Shown here piece after piece: positions 27,044-36,667 of a stretch of DNA of 64,000 nucleotides. Position numbers and translations under genes: made by a program. Each line of letters starts with the position of its first letter. The stretch's first letter is position 1. The DNA is from Bacteroidales bacterium. GTDB taxonomy: Bacteria; Bacteroidota; Bacteroidia; Bacteroidales; WCHB1-69. Where the stretch lies: positions 1,056-65,055 of the forward strand of contig JAFVNW010000018.1 of the NCBI GenBank assembly GCA_017506175.1. Direction: 5' to 3'. The notes under the pieces are model-generated. The model was not told the DNA's origin and did not search any database. It saw only the letters and a list, made by a program, of their open reading frames with translations.

Positions 27044-27928
27044 TTAATCTTTGCTCTCGCCTTCTTCCTCCTCGTTGTCCGCGCTGCACACTCTTTTTTC
27101 TTTTCTGTAAAGGAAAAGCGCGACAAAGATGTTCAGGAAAATCCCGTAGATGAGAATGCTAAGCATATTGGATACCGCAAGGGCCGTGGCATCCCTGTAA
27201 AAGGGAATCGTGCCTTTTCCTCTTTCGTTTTCAATTCTGTTGGCAAAAACATCTATCGCATGAATGCTGTCGTAGGAGGCTGCAACGATTTCCAGGCTGG
27301 TCGTGTCAATTTTAATGTTGTTGGGAAGCGATTTTGTCAGTGCATGGAGGGTGGACTCCGCTTCAAAGTTGAAGGAGTCGAGGCGGTAGGTGCGGCTGCG
27401 TTGAATAAGTTGCTTTTCAAAAGCGTCCATAATGACCTGGAGACCGCTATCCACCTTCTGATACTCGGCCGTGTCGATTTCGGTTATCGCCTCCTGCTTG
27501 ATGACGGCCTTCCGAACCTCGGTGCAGTAATGACGGATTTCCTTCGTAGAGACCGTGTCTTTTCCGATGGCTGCTTTCCTCAGTTCGAAATTCTTGTCGT
27601 TGACTTTGTCAATCCCCTTCGGGTCAATGTAGTTATAATGAATCAGATAGTAGCCGAAAGCAACGATGGCGGCCACGAACACGATGCCGATGCCGACGAC
27701 AAATGCTTTGGGAAAGGAGATGACCCCGTCTTGCAGCTTGTCGCGCACCTCCTTGATGCCGAGGTATAGCAGGAACACGATGCACGCCACCACTGCAAAT
27801 TCCACCACAGGCCCGAACTCATAGTCGATGCTTTCCCCGAAATAGGTGAGCAGTTTAATGAGAGAAAGCCCTGCTCCAAGCAAGGCTCCCCATTTTAATG
27901 TCGTAATGATTTTCGAATGATTTTTCAT
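27044..27928 (-). CDS. Membrane protein, DUF4199-like
   Basis: MKNHSKIITTLKWGALLGAGLSLIKLLTYF start with four hydrophobic segments. Start trimmed to the second Met. Confidence 0.5.
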   Translation of the reverse strand: MKNHSKIITTLKWGALLGAGLSLIKLLTYFGESIDYEFGPVVEFAVVACIVFLLYLGIKEVRDKLQDGVISFPKAFVVGIGIVFVAAIVAFGYYLIHYNYIDPKGIDKVNDKNFELRKAAIGKDTVSTKEIRHYCTEVRKAVIKQEAITEIDTAEYQKVDSGLQVIMDAFEKQLIQRSRTYRLDSFNFEAESTLHALTKSLPNNIKIDTTSLEIVAASYDSIHAIDVFANRIENERGKGTIPFYRDATALAVSNMLSILIYGIFLNIFVALFLYRKEKRVCSADNEEEEGESKD

Positions 27929-27958
27929 AAGGATAATCCCAGGTATCAAACGTATGGG

Positions 27959-30382
27959 TTAGTTTGATTTGTAGAAGACGTGTCTGCGGTCAACGATTTT
28001 GGCATCGTGTTGTAAATCGTTGTAAACCAATGATTTAACGATAGTGATGAGGTTGTCGCCTTGTTGCAGTCTTTGTTTGAGAGTGGTCATGAAAGCGGTG
28101 TTCATCATTGCGTTTTCATTCATCGGCTGGGTGTTCTTTTCCACTTTTTGAACGGCTGCGAGGAACACTCTGTTTTTGCCGCTGACGATGTTGGCTTTGC
28201 CGTCGGCGGGGAGGGCGGCGATTTTGCCTACCACTGCGGTTTCAAGCATTTGGTTGAATTCGGAGAAGTTGATGTTCATGGAGTCAACTCTTGCTTGATA
28301 TTTGGCTGCGAGGGCTGCCATATTGCTACCGGCGAGTTCTTTCTTCAGTTGTTCTTCCACTGCGGCGGCTCTCTTTTCAGCCTTCACTTCAGCAATGACG
28401 CGTTCTTTCACGTCTTCGAATTTGGGGTCTTGCGCTTTGACGATGGATTTGATACCTGCGATGATGTACGCGTCGTTATCCACGATGCGTTCGCCGGTCA
28501 TCTGGTTGAAGTGGTAAATCTGACCTTTGAATACGGTGGTTGAAACCTGATTTGTTTTGTTTTGGATTTTCTTGTCTTCGTCGAATGCCCAGCTGATGGC
28601 GGGACGGCACATCAACATAAAGTTGTAGTTGTCGAGTGAAACGGAACTTTGCATATTGGTGACATCGGTTCCGTGAACGAGGATGGCGCTTTCTTTTTGT
28701 GCGATTTCGTTCATCTTGGCTACGTCTGGGCTGTTTTTGGAGATGTTGTTGGCTTTGGCGCGGGCGAGTTTGTCAGTTTCGTTGGAGATGCGAACAGGTA
28801 CAGGATAGAGCACGTATTGGCGTTTTTCCATGAATGCTCTTTTGTCCATCACTTGGAATACAATGTAAACGCCATTTTGTTCTTGTGCGAATACGTAGGT
28901 TTGGCCGTTTGCGGTGGCCATCAAGTTGTTGTACAAGTTGTGGCTGGTGGTATCGGTGGCCACATCGGTAAACCAGAACGTGGTGTCGTTGCCGAAAGCG
29001 TTCGGATATTTGCTCATCAGGGCGGCAGCTGCGCTCATCGGTTGTCCGTTGATGGCGTTTGCGATACTGTCGGCCAATGATTTGGCGTCCTCTTTTGTGC
29101 GGGTGGACTTGCTGTTGGCGTTTCCTTCCACTTTGAAGTCAACGGCGAGACCGATTACTTGGATGGAGTCGGGGCGGACGGACACGGCATTGATTTTACC
29201 GAAGTAGTACATGCCGTTTTCATACATAGCGGGAGAGATGAAAGTGCCTGCGCCATGAGTGTAGATGAAGGAGTCAAGGAGGGCTGGCATTTTCGGGGGA
29301 TTCTGTTCGTTGGTGTAGAACTTGGCGTAAGCGGTTTTGCCGCGTTCCAAATAGAGGGCTGTGTCAATTTGGGCGAAGCTGGCTTTTTTGTAATCGTAGT
29401 TGAATACGTTGTGGAGGTTTTGTTGCGCGGCGTTGTAGTTGAATACGCGTTTGCGGTCGATTTTGACTTCGTTTTGTGCGAAGTCGTTGAGGCTCGCGCT
29501 TTGTTGGAAACGGCTGTAAATGGCTGACACAGTGTCTTTGACTGCTTTGGCATCTGCTTCGCTTGCTGCAATCGGAACCACTGCGAAATCGATGTCCCTT
29601 ACGGTTGTATGGGTGATGAAATGATCTTTGTAGGCTTTGAAGTACTCTTGGGCTTCGCTGTCGCTGACTTCGATTTTCAGTTTGTCGAATGCCGGATTGT
29701 TGATGTCAATGCTGGCGAGGTTGACGGAAATCTTGTCGTTGTCCTTGTTCATCTGTTCCATCAGGCTTTTTGAAAAATAGAGCGAGTTGGCGGCCAATCC
29801 GAAGTAGGTGTTCTCCTTGGCATCCATCACGGCGATTCTTTCGATGGCTTTATAAATATTGTAAATGTCGCCCTGGCCGCGATAGTCGTTGATGTTCTCG
29901 AAAGCTTGAATGATTTGTTCGCCGCTGGCACCCTGTTGGACGAATTTTTGCGCTACGCTGAACAGATAGTATTCTGCGTTGTTGGTCGGCTGGCTTTTCA
30001 AACTACTGGTGAGTTTTTCATTGATGCCTTCAATCATTTCGTCTGAAAAACCCATGCCGAGTTTGTTGAGTTGTTCGTCAAGAAGGGTTTCGTGTTTGAA
30101 TTGTTCCCAAGTGTATTCGTGGATTTGGGCGTCGAAATCCTCGTCGCCTGAAATGTTGTCCTGAAGGAAGGAGAATAACAGTCTGTTTTGTTCGTAATAG
30201 GTCTGGTATGTGTTGTCGCGGTCGTATCTCACCTTGTTGTCATTCACCTGTACCACGAGATATCTATTGGTGATGGAAGGGATGACGTGGGTAAGGTCAC
30301 CCACGATGAATGCGAGCAGTGCAATACCGATGATGATCATTAATGCTACTCCATGCTTGCGAATTTTGCCAATTGCTGCCAT
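27959..30382 (-). CDS. PpiD/SurA-like periplasmic chaperone (membrane-anchored)
   Basis: The N-terminus MAAIGKIRKHGVALMIIIGIALLAFIVGDL is the conserved PpiD-type anchor. It is followed by a long soluble domain. 807 aa. Confidence 0.65.
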   Translation of the reverse strand: MAAIGKIRKHGVALMIIIGIALLAFIVGDLTHVIPSITNRYLVVQVNDNKVRYDRDNTYQTYYEQNRLLFSFLQDNISGDEDFDAQIHEYTWEQFKHETLLDEQLNKLGMGFSDEMIEGINEKLTSSLKSQPTNNAEYYLFSVAQKFVQQGASGEQIIQAFENINDYRGQGDIYNIYKAIERIAVMDAKENTYFGLAANSLYFSKSLMEQMNKDNDKISVNLASIDINNPAFDKLKIEVSDSEAQEYFKAYKDHFITHTTVRDIDFAVVPIAASEADAKAVKDTVSAIYSRFQQSASLNDFAQNEVKIDRKRVFNYNAAQQNLHNVFNYDYKKASFAQIDTALYLERGKTAYAKFYTNEQNPPKMPALLDSFIYTHGAGTFISPAMYENGMYYFGKINAVSVRPDSIQVIGLAVDFKVEGNANSKSTRTKEDAKSLADSIANAINGQPMSAAAALMSKYPNAFGNDTTFWFTDVATDTTSHNLYNNLMATANGQTYVFAQEQNGVYIVFQVMDKRAFMEKRQYVLYPVPVRISNETDKLARAKANNISKNSPDVAKMNEIAQKESAILVHGTDVTNMQSSVSLDNYNFMLMCRPAISWAFDEDKKIQNKTNQVSTTVFKGQIYHFNQMTGERIVDNDAYIIAGIKSIVKAQDPKFEDVKERVIAEVKAEKRAAAVEEQLKKELAGSNMAALAAKYQARVDSMNINFSEFNQMLETAVVGKIAALPADGKANIVSGKNRVFLAAVQKVEKNTQPMNENAMMNTAFMTTLKQRLQQGDNLITIVKSLVYNDLQHDAKIVDRRHVFYKSN

Positions 30383-30438
30383 AATCTTTCTTAAATGTTA
30401 TTAGTTTACTTATATTCTATATTACAAAATTTAGGGCG

Positions 30439-30446
30439 CAAAATTA
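30439..30446 (-). promoter_or_regulatory. -7 promoter box (TAATTTTG, minus strand) upstream of the PpiD-like gene
   Basis: CAAAATTA on the plus strand, about 57 nt upstream of the ATG at 30382. Confidence 0.45.
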
Positions 30447-30476
30447 CGATTTTTTTTTCAGTTTTGGATGGACTGC

Positions 30477-31046
30477 CTATTTTTTTTTCCAAGGGTGTCC
30501 TAACAAGGCTTCTGCTTTCGTAATATCTTTGTTTACAATGTATTCTCTGATTTTAGACGAACGGACTTTGTTGTCTGACAATATAAATTCAGGGATGAGG
30601 ATGATTTCAATTCCCTTTTTTGCGCATATTCCCTGCATCGTTTTACAATTTCCCTCCCGATTGTGACCTACGTTGTGGTTGGGGCCCATGACCAGCGCCT
30701 TCACACCGATTTTTTCAGTTAAAAAATCCAAAAAATGTGCGAATGAGAGTTTGGAAAAAGCAATCGTGAATGGAATGACGATTAGATTGTCAATCTCTTC
30801 CGCCGCAATCAGTTCGATGTTTTCTTCTAAGGTGTTGATGAGGAAAAAATCCTGCTCCGGATGCAGAACCTGCTGAGGATGAGGATGAAACGTGATGACG
30901 ATGCTTTCCCCTTCGTATTTTTTTGCACCCGCTTTCACATATTCCAGAATCTGCTGGTGGCCGAGGTGCACCCCGTCGAACGAGCCGACCGTGACGACCG
31001 GATTAACAAATTTGGGCAGATTCTCTAAACTTCTGAAAATACGCAT
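30477..31046 (-). CDS. FMN adenylyltransferase (FAD synthetase) domain protein lacking the riboflavin kinase half
   Basis: VVTVGSFDGVHLGHQQIL nucleotidyltransferase motif. The ORF ends at ...EALLGHPWKKK*, exactly where bifunctional RibF proteins continue into the kinase domain. Confidence 0.7.
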   Translation of the reverse strand: MRIFRSLENLPKFVNPVVTVGSFDGVHLGHQQILEYVKAGAKKYEGESIVITFHPHPQQVLHPEQDFFLINTLEENIELIAAEEIDNLIVIPFTIAFSKLSFAHFLDFLTEKIGVKALVMGPNHNVGHNREGNCKTMQGICAKKGIEIILIPEFILSDNKVRSSKIREYIVNKDITKAEALLGHPWKKK

Positions 31047-31052
31047 CTCTTT

Positions 31053-32156
31053 CTAATTTCTAACACTTAATGCATTGCGTAATGCATTGCCTATCAGCAT
31101 GAACGAAAGCACCAACAGCATAATAGCGATGCCTGGGATGATGGCCAAGTAGGCATTGTCCAAGACGATGTAGGCGTAGTTCTCCTTCATCATCATGCCC
31201 CACGACGGGGTAGGGGGCTGCACGCCGATACCAAGGAAGCTCAAACCGGCCTCCATCAGAATGGCGGACGAGAAGTTGGAGGCGGCAATCACAATCACTG
31301 TGCCCGACACATTGGGCAGAATGTGTTTCCAAATAATGTGCAAACTGTTGTAGCCCAGTGCTTTGCCGGCCTCTACGAACTCTTTTTCGCGCAGACTGAT
31401 GATCTGTCCGCGCACCACCCTCGCCACATCCACCCACATGGTGAGCCCGATGGCCATGAAAATCTGCCAGAAGCCTTTGCCTAATGCGAAGCTGATGGCG
31501 ATGACCAGCAGCAGTGTGGGGATGGACCAAACCACGTTGATGAACCACATCAGCACATCGTCCACCCAGCCGCGGAAATAGCCCGCAATGGATCCGATGA
31601 GGATGCCGATGACCAGCGCGATGAACACCGAGATGCCGCCCACCGCCAGACTGATTCGCGTGCCGATGAGCAGTTGGCTGAGCACGTCGCGCCCGTAGCG
31701 GTCGGTTCCTAAGATGAATTTCTTTGTTATAACCGGCTGGTCGTCACATATTTCGCTGCGCTTATACCCGATTTCAGCTTCCTTGCCGGCATCCAACAGG
31801 TGTACGTAAACCGAGTCGCCAACTTCGCGGTAACGCTCAATCGGAATGGTCTGGTAGCGGTCGGGTTGTCCGAAGAGCATTTTGTGGAATACGTTGCATT
31901 CAGGAACCTTTTGTGGCTGTTTCACTTGCAGCATCTTCACTGTGAATCCTGGATTGCGGATGGCGATTTCCAGTTGCTGGTGGTTACAGTAAGGGGAGTG
32001 GTCGGGCGTAATCAAGTAGCCGAGGACTGCCACTACGATCATCAGTAGGATGTATCCCAGGGAAATAAGCCCCTGTTTCTCCTTCCGAAAACGTTTCCAT
32101 GTCAGTTCGGAAAGAGAAACAGCCTTGTATTCCTTCTTTTTTCTAAAGTGTTTGAT
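31053..32156 (-). CDS. ABC transporter permease, DppC/OppC family; the conserved N-terminus extends upstream of the first ATG
   Basis: Peptide-permease EAA-loop region (EFVEAGKALGYNSLHIIWKHILPN). The frame stays open 38 codons upstream of the ATG at 32042 and encodes SLSELTWKRFRKEKQGLISLGYILL, the usual OppC N-terminus. No ATG/GTG/TTG is present there. The first codon after the in-frame TAG region that could plausibly start is ATC at 32154-32156. Confidence 0.7.
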   Translation of the reverse strand: MKHFRKKKEYKAVSLSELTWKRFRKEKQGLISLGYILLMIVVAVLGYLITPDHSPYCNHQQLEIAIRNPGFTVKMLQVKQPQKVPECNVFHKMLFGQPDRYQTIPIERYREVGDSVYVHLLDAGKEAEIGYKRSEICDDQPVITKKFILGTDRYGRDVLSQLLIGTRISLAVGGISVFIALVIGILIGSIAGYFRGWVDDVLMWFINVVWSIPTLLLVIAISFALGKGFWQIFMAIGLTMWVDVARVVRGQIISLREKEFVEAGKALGYNSLHIIWKHILPNVSGTVIVIAASNFSSAILMEAGLSFLGIGVQPPTPSWGMMMKENYAYIVLDNAYLAIIPGIAIMLLVLSFMLIGNALRNALSVRN

Positions 32157-32186
32157 GGTTTTCTACTTTCGTAAATGCAAATTCCC

Positions 32187-33740
32187 CTATTTTTTCAGCA
32201 TGATTTCGATGAACGGGTTGAAGTAGTTCTCGCCTTTGCCTACGACGCCGGCGAGTCCTTTTCCGCCGGTTTTGCTACGTTTCACATCGCCGAAGATGCC
32301 TTTTTCAAGGGCACTGAAGAGTCCTTCCTTAACGATTTGCTGTAACAATTCAATGGTGTTGTCGAGCACGGTCTTGGCACGTTGGCGGCAGATGCCACCT
32401 TCGCGGAATTCCATCTCCTCGCCGATGCTGCGCATGTCGTTGAAGATATAGCGGGCGTTCTCGATGGAGAGATAGCGGTCGGACATGAAGGGGGTGTGGA
32501 TGGCCTCTGTGGGCATACCGAGAAGCTGGATGCCCTGGTGGGTCCAGATGCCTATGATGTTGAAGAGGGCGTCTTGGATGTGCCCGCGGAAGATGTTGCC
32601 GGTCATGAATTTTGTCGGAGGCATGTACTTGAGCGTGGCCTTGGGGAAGATCTCTCGGGTCATCTGCGCCTGCGCGAGTTCCAGTAGGAAGCCGTTCTCC
32701 AAACCGGGATCCATCTCAAAGGCGTGGCCGAGGCCCATCTGCTCTTCGGGGAGGCCGGCTAAGAGGGCGAGTTGCTCGTTGATGAGGTCGGAGGCGAGTA
32801 CGGTGTGGGCGGCTTCCACTGCATCGGCGGTGGTGAGGTAGTTGTCCTCGCCTGTGTTGATGATGACGCCGGCGAAGCCGTTGATTACGCGGGAGAAGAA
32901 CTGGTCGATGAGTGTGCGCTGCGGGTTGATGTCTCGGAAGAGGATGCCGTAGAGTGCATCGTTGAGCATCACGTCAAGTCGTTCAAGTGCGCCCATTGCG
33001 GCGATTTCCGGCATGCAGAGTCCTGAGCAGTAGTTGCAAAGGCGGATGTAGCGTCCTACTTCCTCGCCCACTTCGTCGAGGGCCTTGCGCATGATGCGGA
33101 AGTTCTCCTGCGTGGCGAAAGTACCGCCGAACCCTTCGGTGGTTGCACCGTAGGGCACGTAATCAAGCAGGCTTTGTCCGGTGGTGCGGATTACGGCGAT
33201 GACGTCGGCACCCTGCCGCGCACCTGCTTGCGCTTGCACCACATCCTCGTAAATGTTGCCTGTGGCTACGATGATGTAGAGGTACGGCTTGGGCCCTTCG
33301 CCGATGGTGCTCAGATATTCGTTGCGCTTGGCTACATTGCCGCGGATGCGCTTGATGCAGGCGTCAATGTGGGGCTGAACCGCCGCTTTGATTTTGTCTG
33401 TCGGGTTGATTTTCAGTTTGGTGATGTCCAAATTGCCGGTGGAGATGGCTTCTGCAATCTCTTGTGGGGTCTTGCCTGTTTCAAGGATGGCGTTGCCCAA
33501 ATAGAAAAGTACGCCTTCTTTCAGAACGCCCTTTTCCTGTAGTTCGTTCACCACCACATTCGGCAGCGGAACGTCGTTGTTGTCGGTGCCGTCAATGCCA
33601 ATCAGTCGGCACAATGTGCGTTCCACGGTCACTGTGGTGTATTGGTCCACGAAATTCTGTACGTCGGTGGCAATTGTCCCAGCCAACTTCTTTGCATACT
33701 TGACTTTCTCAAAATCAAGGCCTAATTTGCTTTTCTCCAT
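32187..33740 (-). CDS. kamD: Lysine 5,6-aminomutase alpha subunit (KamD family)
   Basis: 517 aa, collinear by my recollection with clostridial KamD (TTVTVER..CRLIGIDG, YIIVATGNIYEDV, IAVIRTTGQSLLDYVPYGATTEGFGGT, RLCNYCSGLCMPEIAAMGA, GFAGVIINTGEDNYLTTADA). Confidence 0.8.
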   Translation of the reverse strand: MEKSKLGLDFEKVKYAKKLAGTIATDVQNFVDQYTTVTVERTLCRLIGIDGTDNNDVPLPNVVVNELQEKGVLKEGVLFYLGNAILETGKTPQEIAEAISTGNLDITKLKINPTDKIKAAVQPHIDACIKRIRGNVAKRNEYLSTIGEGPKPYLYIIVATGNIYEDVVQAQAGARQGADVIAVIRTTGQSLLDYVPYGATTEGFGGTFATQENFRIMRKALDEVGEEVGRYIRLCNYCSGLCMPEIAAMGALERLDVMLNDALYGILFRDINPQRTLIDQFFSRVINGFAGVIINTGEDNYLTTADAVEAAHTVLASDLINEQLALLAGLPEEQMGLGHAFEMDPGLENGFLLELAQAQMTREIFPKATLKYMPPTKFMTGNIFRGHIQDALFNIIGIWTHQGIQLLGMPTEAIHTPFMSDRYLSIENARYIFNDMRSIGEEMEFREGGICRQRAKTVLDNTIELLQQIVKEGLFSALEKGIFGDVKRSKTGGKGLAGVVGKGENYFNPFIEIMLKK

Positions 33741-33799
33741 TATTCTTTAATTGTATTTATTTAATTCAAATATAATTCATTAGTTCACAGTTTCTACCT

Positions 33800-34210
33800 T
33801 TATTTCACGCCGAATTCCAGAATGGCGAACAGAATGGCTACGAGGAAAGTGACGAGTAGGATGCCGCGTCCGGTGCGGTCGTATTTCAGTTTCAGCAGAT
33901 AGTGGCGCATGGTGAAGACGCTGGGGATTAAGCTCAGCAGGATGAATTTCTGTACCATGTCGATGCCGATGATTTCTGTTGGCTGCTTGCCGGTGAGGGA
34001 AAGCACGAGTGCGACTACGCCGTAAATGACGCCGAAGGTGGCTGCGGGGACGATGAATCCGATAAGGATGCCCATGCCGATGGAATCCTTGCGGAGCCAA
34101 TTGACGAGACCGCCTCTGCGGTCGTTGTTGATGATTGTCTCTCCCGTCGGTTGTGAAGTGTTTTCAGAGGTCGCTTCTGTTGTGTATTTGGGGTCGAATT
34201 CTTCGCTCAT
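33800..34210 (-). CDS. Small membrane protein of unknown function
   Basis: 136 aa with an acidic N-terminus and then 3-4 TM helices. Its start overlaps the surE stop. Confidence 0.55.
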   Translation of the reverse strand: MSEEFDPKYTTEATSENTSQPTGETIINNDRRGGLVNWLRKDSIGMGILIGFIVPAATFGVIYGVVALVLSLTGKQPTEIIGIDMVQKFILLSLIPSVFTMRHYLLKLKYDRTGRGILLVTFLVAILFAILEFGVK

Positions 34211-34980
34211 TCTTCTAAAAATTTGATTTTCTTAATATGTTGGTGGGCGGTCAGGTCGTGATGGACGGGCTGTACGGAGACATAGTTGTGTTGTAGTGCC
34301 CACTCGCAGGTGTCTTCGGCGAGATCGTTGTTTTCGAGCCAGCCGGATAGCCAGTAGTATTTACCGCCGTAGGGGTCGGTGCGTTCAATCAGTTCTTCGT
34401 GCCAATAGCCGAGTGCTTGCCGAGTGATGCGTACGCCCTTGATTTCCTCCAATGGAGCTTTGGGGATGTTGACGTTCAGCGCGGTGAAATCGGGTATTTT
34501 GTTGGCCAGCACCTTGCCGATGATTTTCCTGACATAAACCTGGGCGGCTGAGAAGTCGGCGTTGGGGGCGTAGTCGAGTAGTGAGAAGCCGATGGCGGGG
34601 TGGTTTTCCACGCTGCCTTCCATGGCGGCGCCCATTGTGCCGGAGTATAGTACACTGGCAGAAGAGTTGGAGCCGTGGTTGATGCCTGTGGCTATCAGGT
34701 CTGGCTTCCGGTCTTTGAGGATTACCTTGAGCCCCAGCTTCACGCAGTCGGAAGGCATCCCGTTGCTGCGATAGTAGCGGGTTCCGTCCTCGTCGGTGCG
34801 GTAGAGTTTGAGTCGGAGCGGGGTGTTCATGGTGATGGCATGGCTTGATGCGGAGCGGGGGCCGTCGGGAACCACCACCACCACTTCGCCAAATTCCTTT
34901 GCCACGTCAACCAATGCCTGCAAGCCTTTGGCCTCGTGGCCGTCGTCGTTGGAGATTAATATCAGAGGGCGTTGATTCAT
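34207..34980 (-). CDS. surE: 5'/3'-nucleotidase SurE
   Basis: ILISNDDGHEAKGL, GINHGSN and YSGTMGAAMEG motifs. 257 aa. Confidence 0.9.
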   Translation of the reverse strand: MNQRPLILISNDDGHEAKGLQALVDVAKEFGEVVVVVPDGPRSASSHAITMNTPLRLKLYRTDEDGTRYYRSNGMPSDCVKLGLKVILKDRKPDLIATGINHGSNSSASVLYSGTMGAAMEGSVENHPAIGFSLLDYAPNADFSAAQVYVRKIIGKVLANKIPDFTALNVNIPKAPLEEIKGVRITRQALGYWHEELIERTDPYGGKYYWLSGWLENNDLAEDTCEWALQHNYVSVQPVHHDLTAHQHIKKIKFLEE

Positions 34981-34982
34981 GT

Positions 34983-36578
34983 TTAATTGTTGGTTTTGTT
35001 CGGTTTCGGCTGATTGTCCCAGATAACGATTTCTTCCATGTCTTTATTGTAGAATTTGTAATGGAGGAGATGTACGTCGTTGTTCTGTTTCAATCGAATC
35101 CATTTTTTGTATTTCATAAACCACTTTACCTGTTTGCTTATCAGACCTTTGGTGAGATATGCGTATAAAATGGGGTGTACTTCGATGGTGATTTGGGTCT
35201 CAACTTGTTTTTGGAGCAGGAAGTCAATCATGTTGTCGAGATTCTCTTCGAACAAGATGGCGGGTTTGATTTTGCCAGTGCCGTAGCATACGGGGCACTG
35301 TTCGAGGATGTCGATGTTGGTAACGGGGCGGATGCGCTGGCGGGTGATTTGCATTAGGCCGAACTTGCTGAGTGGCAGCACGGTATGTCGGGCACGGTCG
35401 GATGCCATCAGTTCCTGCATCTGTTTATAGAGGGTAGTGCGGTTGGCGGCGAGGCCCATGTCGATGAAGTCGATGACGATGATGCCGCCGATATCGCGGA
35501 GGCGCATCTGTCGGGCGATTTCCGCGGCGGAGGCCATGTTCACCTGCAAAGCGTTCTCTTCCTGCGAGTTGGAGGACTTGACGCGGTTGCCGCTGTTGAC
35601 GTCAATTACGCACATCGCCTCGGTCTGTTCAATCACGAGGTAGATGCCGTTTTTGATGGTGACGATTTTCCCGAACGATGATTTGATTTGTTTGGCGACG
35701 TTGAAATGTTCGAAAATCGGTGTTTTTTCCTTGTAGAACTTGACGATATCGGAGTCGTTGCCGTGGTTGACGAAGGACTTGATGTAGTTCTTTGCTTCAT
35801 TGTACAAGTCTTTGTCGTCCACATAGATGGCGTGGAAAGAGTCGTTGAGGAGGTCGCGGATGAGGGCGGAGGTGCGGTCGAGTTCGCTGGCGACTTTGCT
35901 GGGTGCTTGTGCGGTGGCGAGGCGATCGGTCAGGGCGCGCCAGTTGTTGGTGAGTTGCTCGATGTCTATTTGGAGTTCTTCGGCGGAGCAGCCTTGAGCG
36001 AAGGTGCGCACGATGATGCCGAAGTTCTTGGGTTTCAGTCCAGTGGCGATTTGGCGGAGCCGTTTGCGTTCAGCGCTCCCTTTGATTTTCTGGGAGAGGA
36101 GCACTTTGTCGCCGTAGGGGACGAGCACGCAGTAGCGGCCGGCGAAGGAGACACCCGTAGTGACGCGTGGCCCTTTGGTGGAAATGCTCTCTTTGGCAAT
36201 TTGTACGAGGATGGTCTGCCCTGTAGTGAGCACATTCGTAATATTGCCGACTTTTTCAATGGCGGGTTGGCGGGTGACCGCGGAGAGGCTTCGTTTGCCT
36301 CCAGAAGTCACATTCTTGACGAATTCGTTGAGAGTGAGTGTGTCGGGGCAGATGTCCAGATAGTGTAAAAAGGCGTCTTTGTCGCTGCCGATATTGACGA
36401 AAGCGGCATTGAGCCCAGGCATGATTTTGCGGACTTTCCCGAGGTAAACGTTGCCGACACAAAACTGCTCGGACAGTTTTTCCTGATGGAGTTCCACCAG
36501 TTTCTTGTCCTCCAACAGCGCAATTTGCACTTCGGTCGGCTTCGCGGTGATGATTAATTCTTTCGTAACTTCAGCCAT
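34983..36578 (-). CDS. rng: Ribonuclease G/E family endoribonuclease
   Basis: N-terminal S1 domain (GNVYLGKVRKIMPGLNAAFVNIG) and catalytic core (VIDVNSG, GGIIVIDFIDM). 531 aa. Confidence 0.9.
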   Translation of the reverse strand: MAEVTKELIITAKPTEVQIALLEDKKLVELHQEKLSEQFCVGNVYLGKVRKIMPGLNAAFVNIGSDKDAFLHYLDICPDTLTLNEFVKNVTSGGKRSLSAVTRQPAIEKVGNITNVLTTGQTILVQIAKESISTKGPRVTTGVSFAGRYCVLVPYGDKVLLSQKIKGSAERKRLRQIATGLKPKNFGIIVRTFAQGCSAEELQIDIEQLTNNWRALTDRLATAQAPSKVASELDRTSALIRDLLNDSFHAIYVDDKDLYNEAKNYIKSFVNHGNDSDIVKFYKEKTPIFEHFNVAKQIKSSFGKIVTIKNGIYLVIEQTEAMCVIDVNSGNRVKSSNSQEENALQVNMASAAEIARQMRLRDIGGIIVIDFIDMGLAANRTTLYKQMQELMASDRARHTVLPLSKFGLMQITRQRIRPVTNIDILEQCPVCYGTGKIKPAILFEENLDNMIDFLLQKQVETQITIEVHPILYAYLTKGLISKQVKWFMKYKKWIRLKQNNDVHLLHYKFYNKDMEEIVIWDNQPKPNKTNN

Positions 36579-36596
36579 AATATAGATTTAGGAGAT

Positions 36597-36640
36597 AAAA
36601 AAGAAAAAAAACTAAATTGCAATATGAAATTGCAACTTAG
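36597..36640 (-). terminator. Rho-independent terminator after the hup/mini-ORF unit
   Basis: Hairpin CTAAATTGCAAT / ATGAA / ATTGCAACTTAG at 36612-36640. An A-run at 36594-36611 on the plus strand is a T-tract on the minus-strand transcript. Confidence 0.65.
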
Positions 36641-36667
36641 TTTTATCAATGACATAAGAAACGAACA

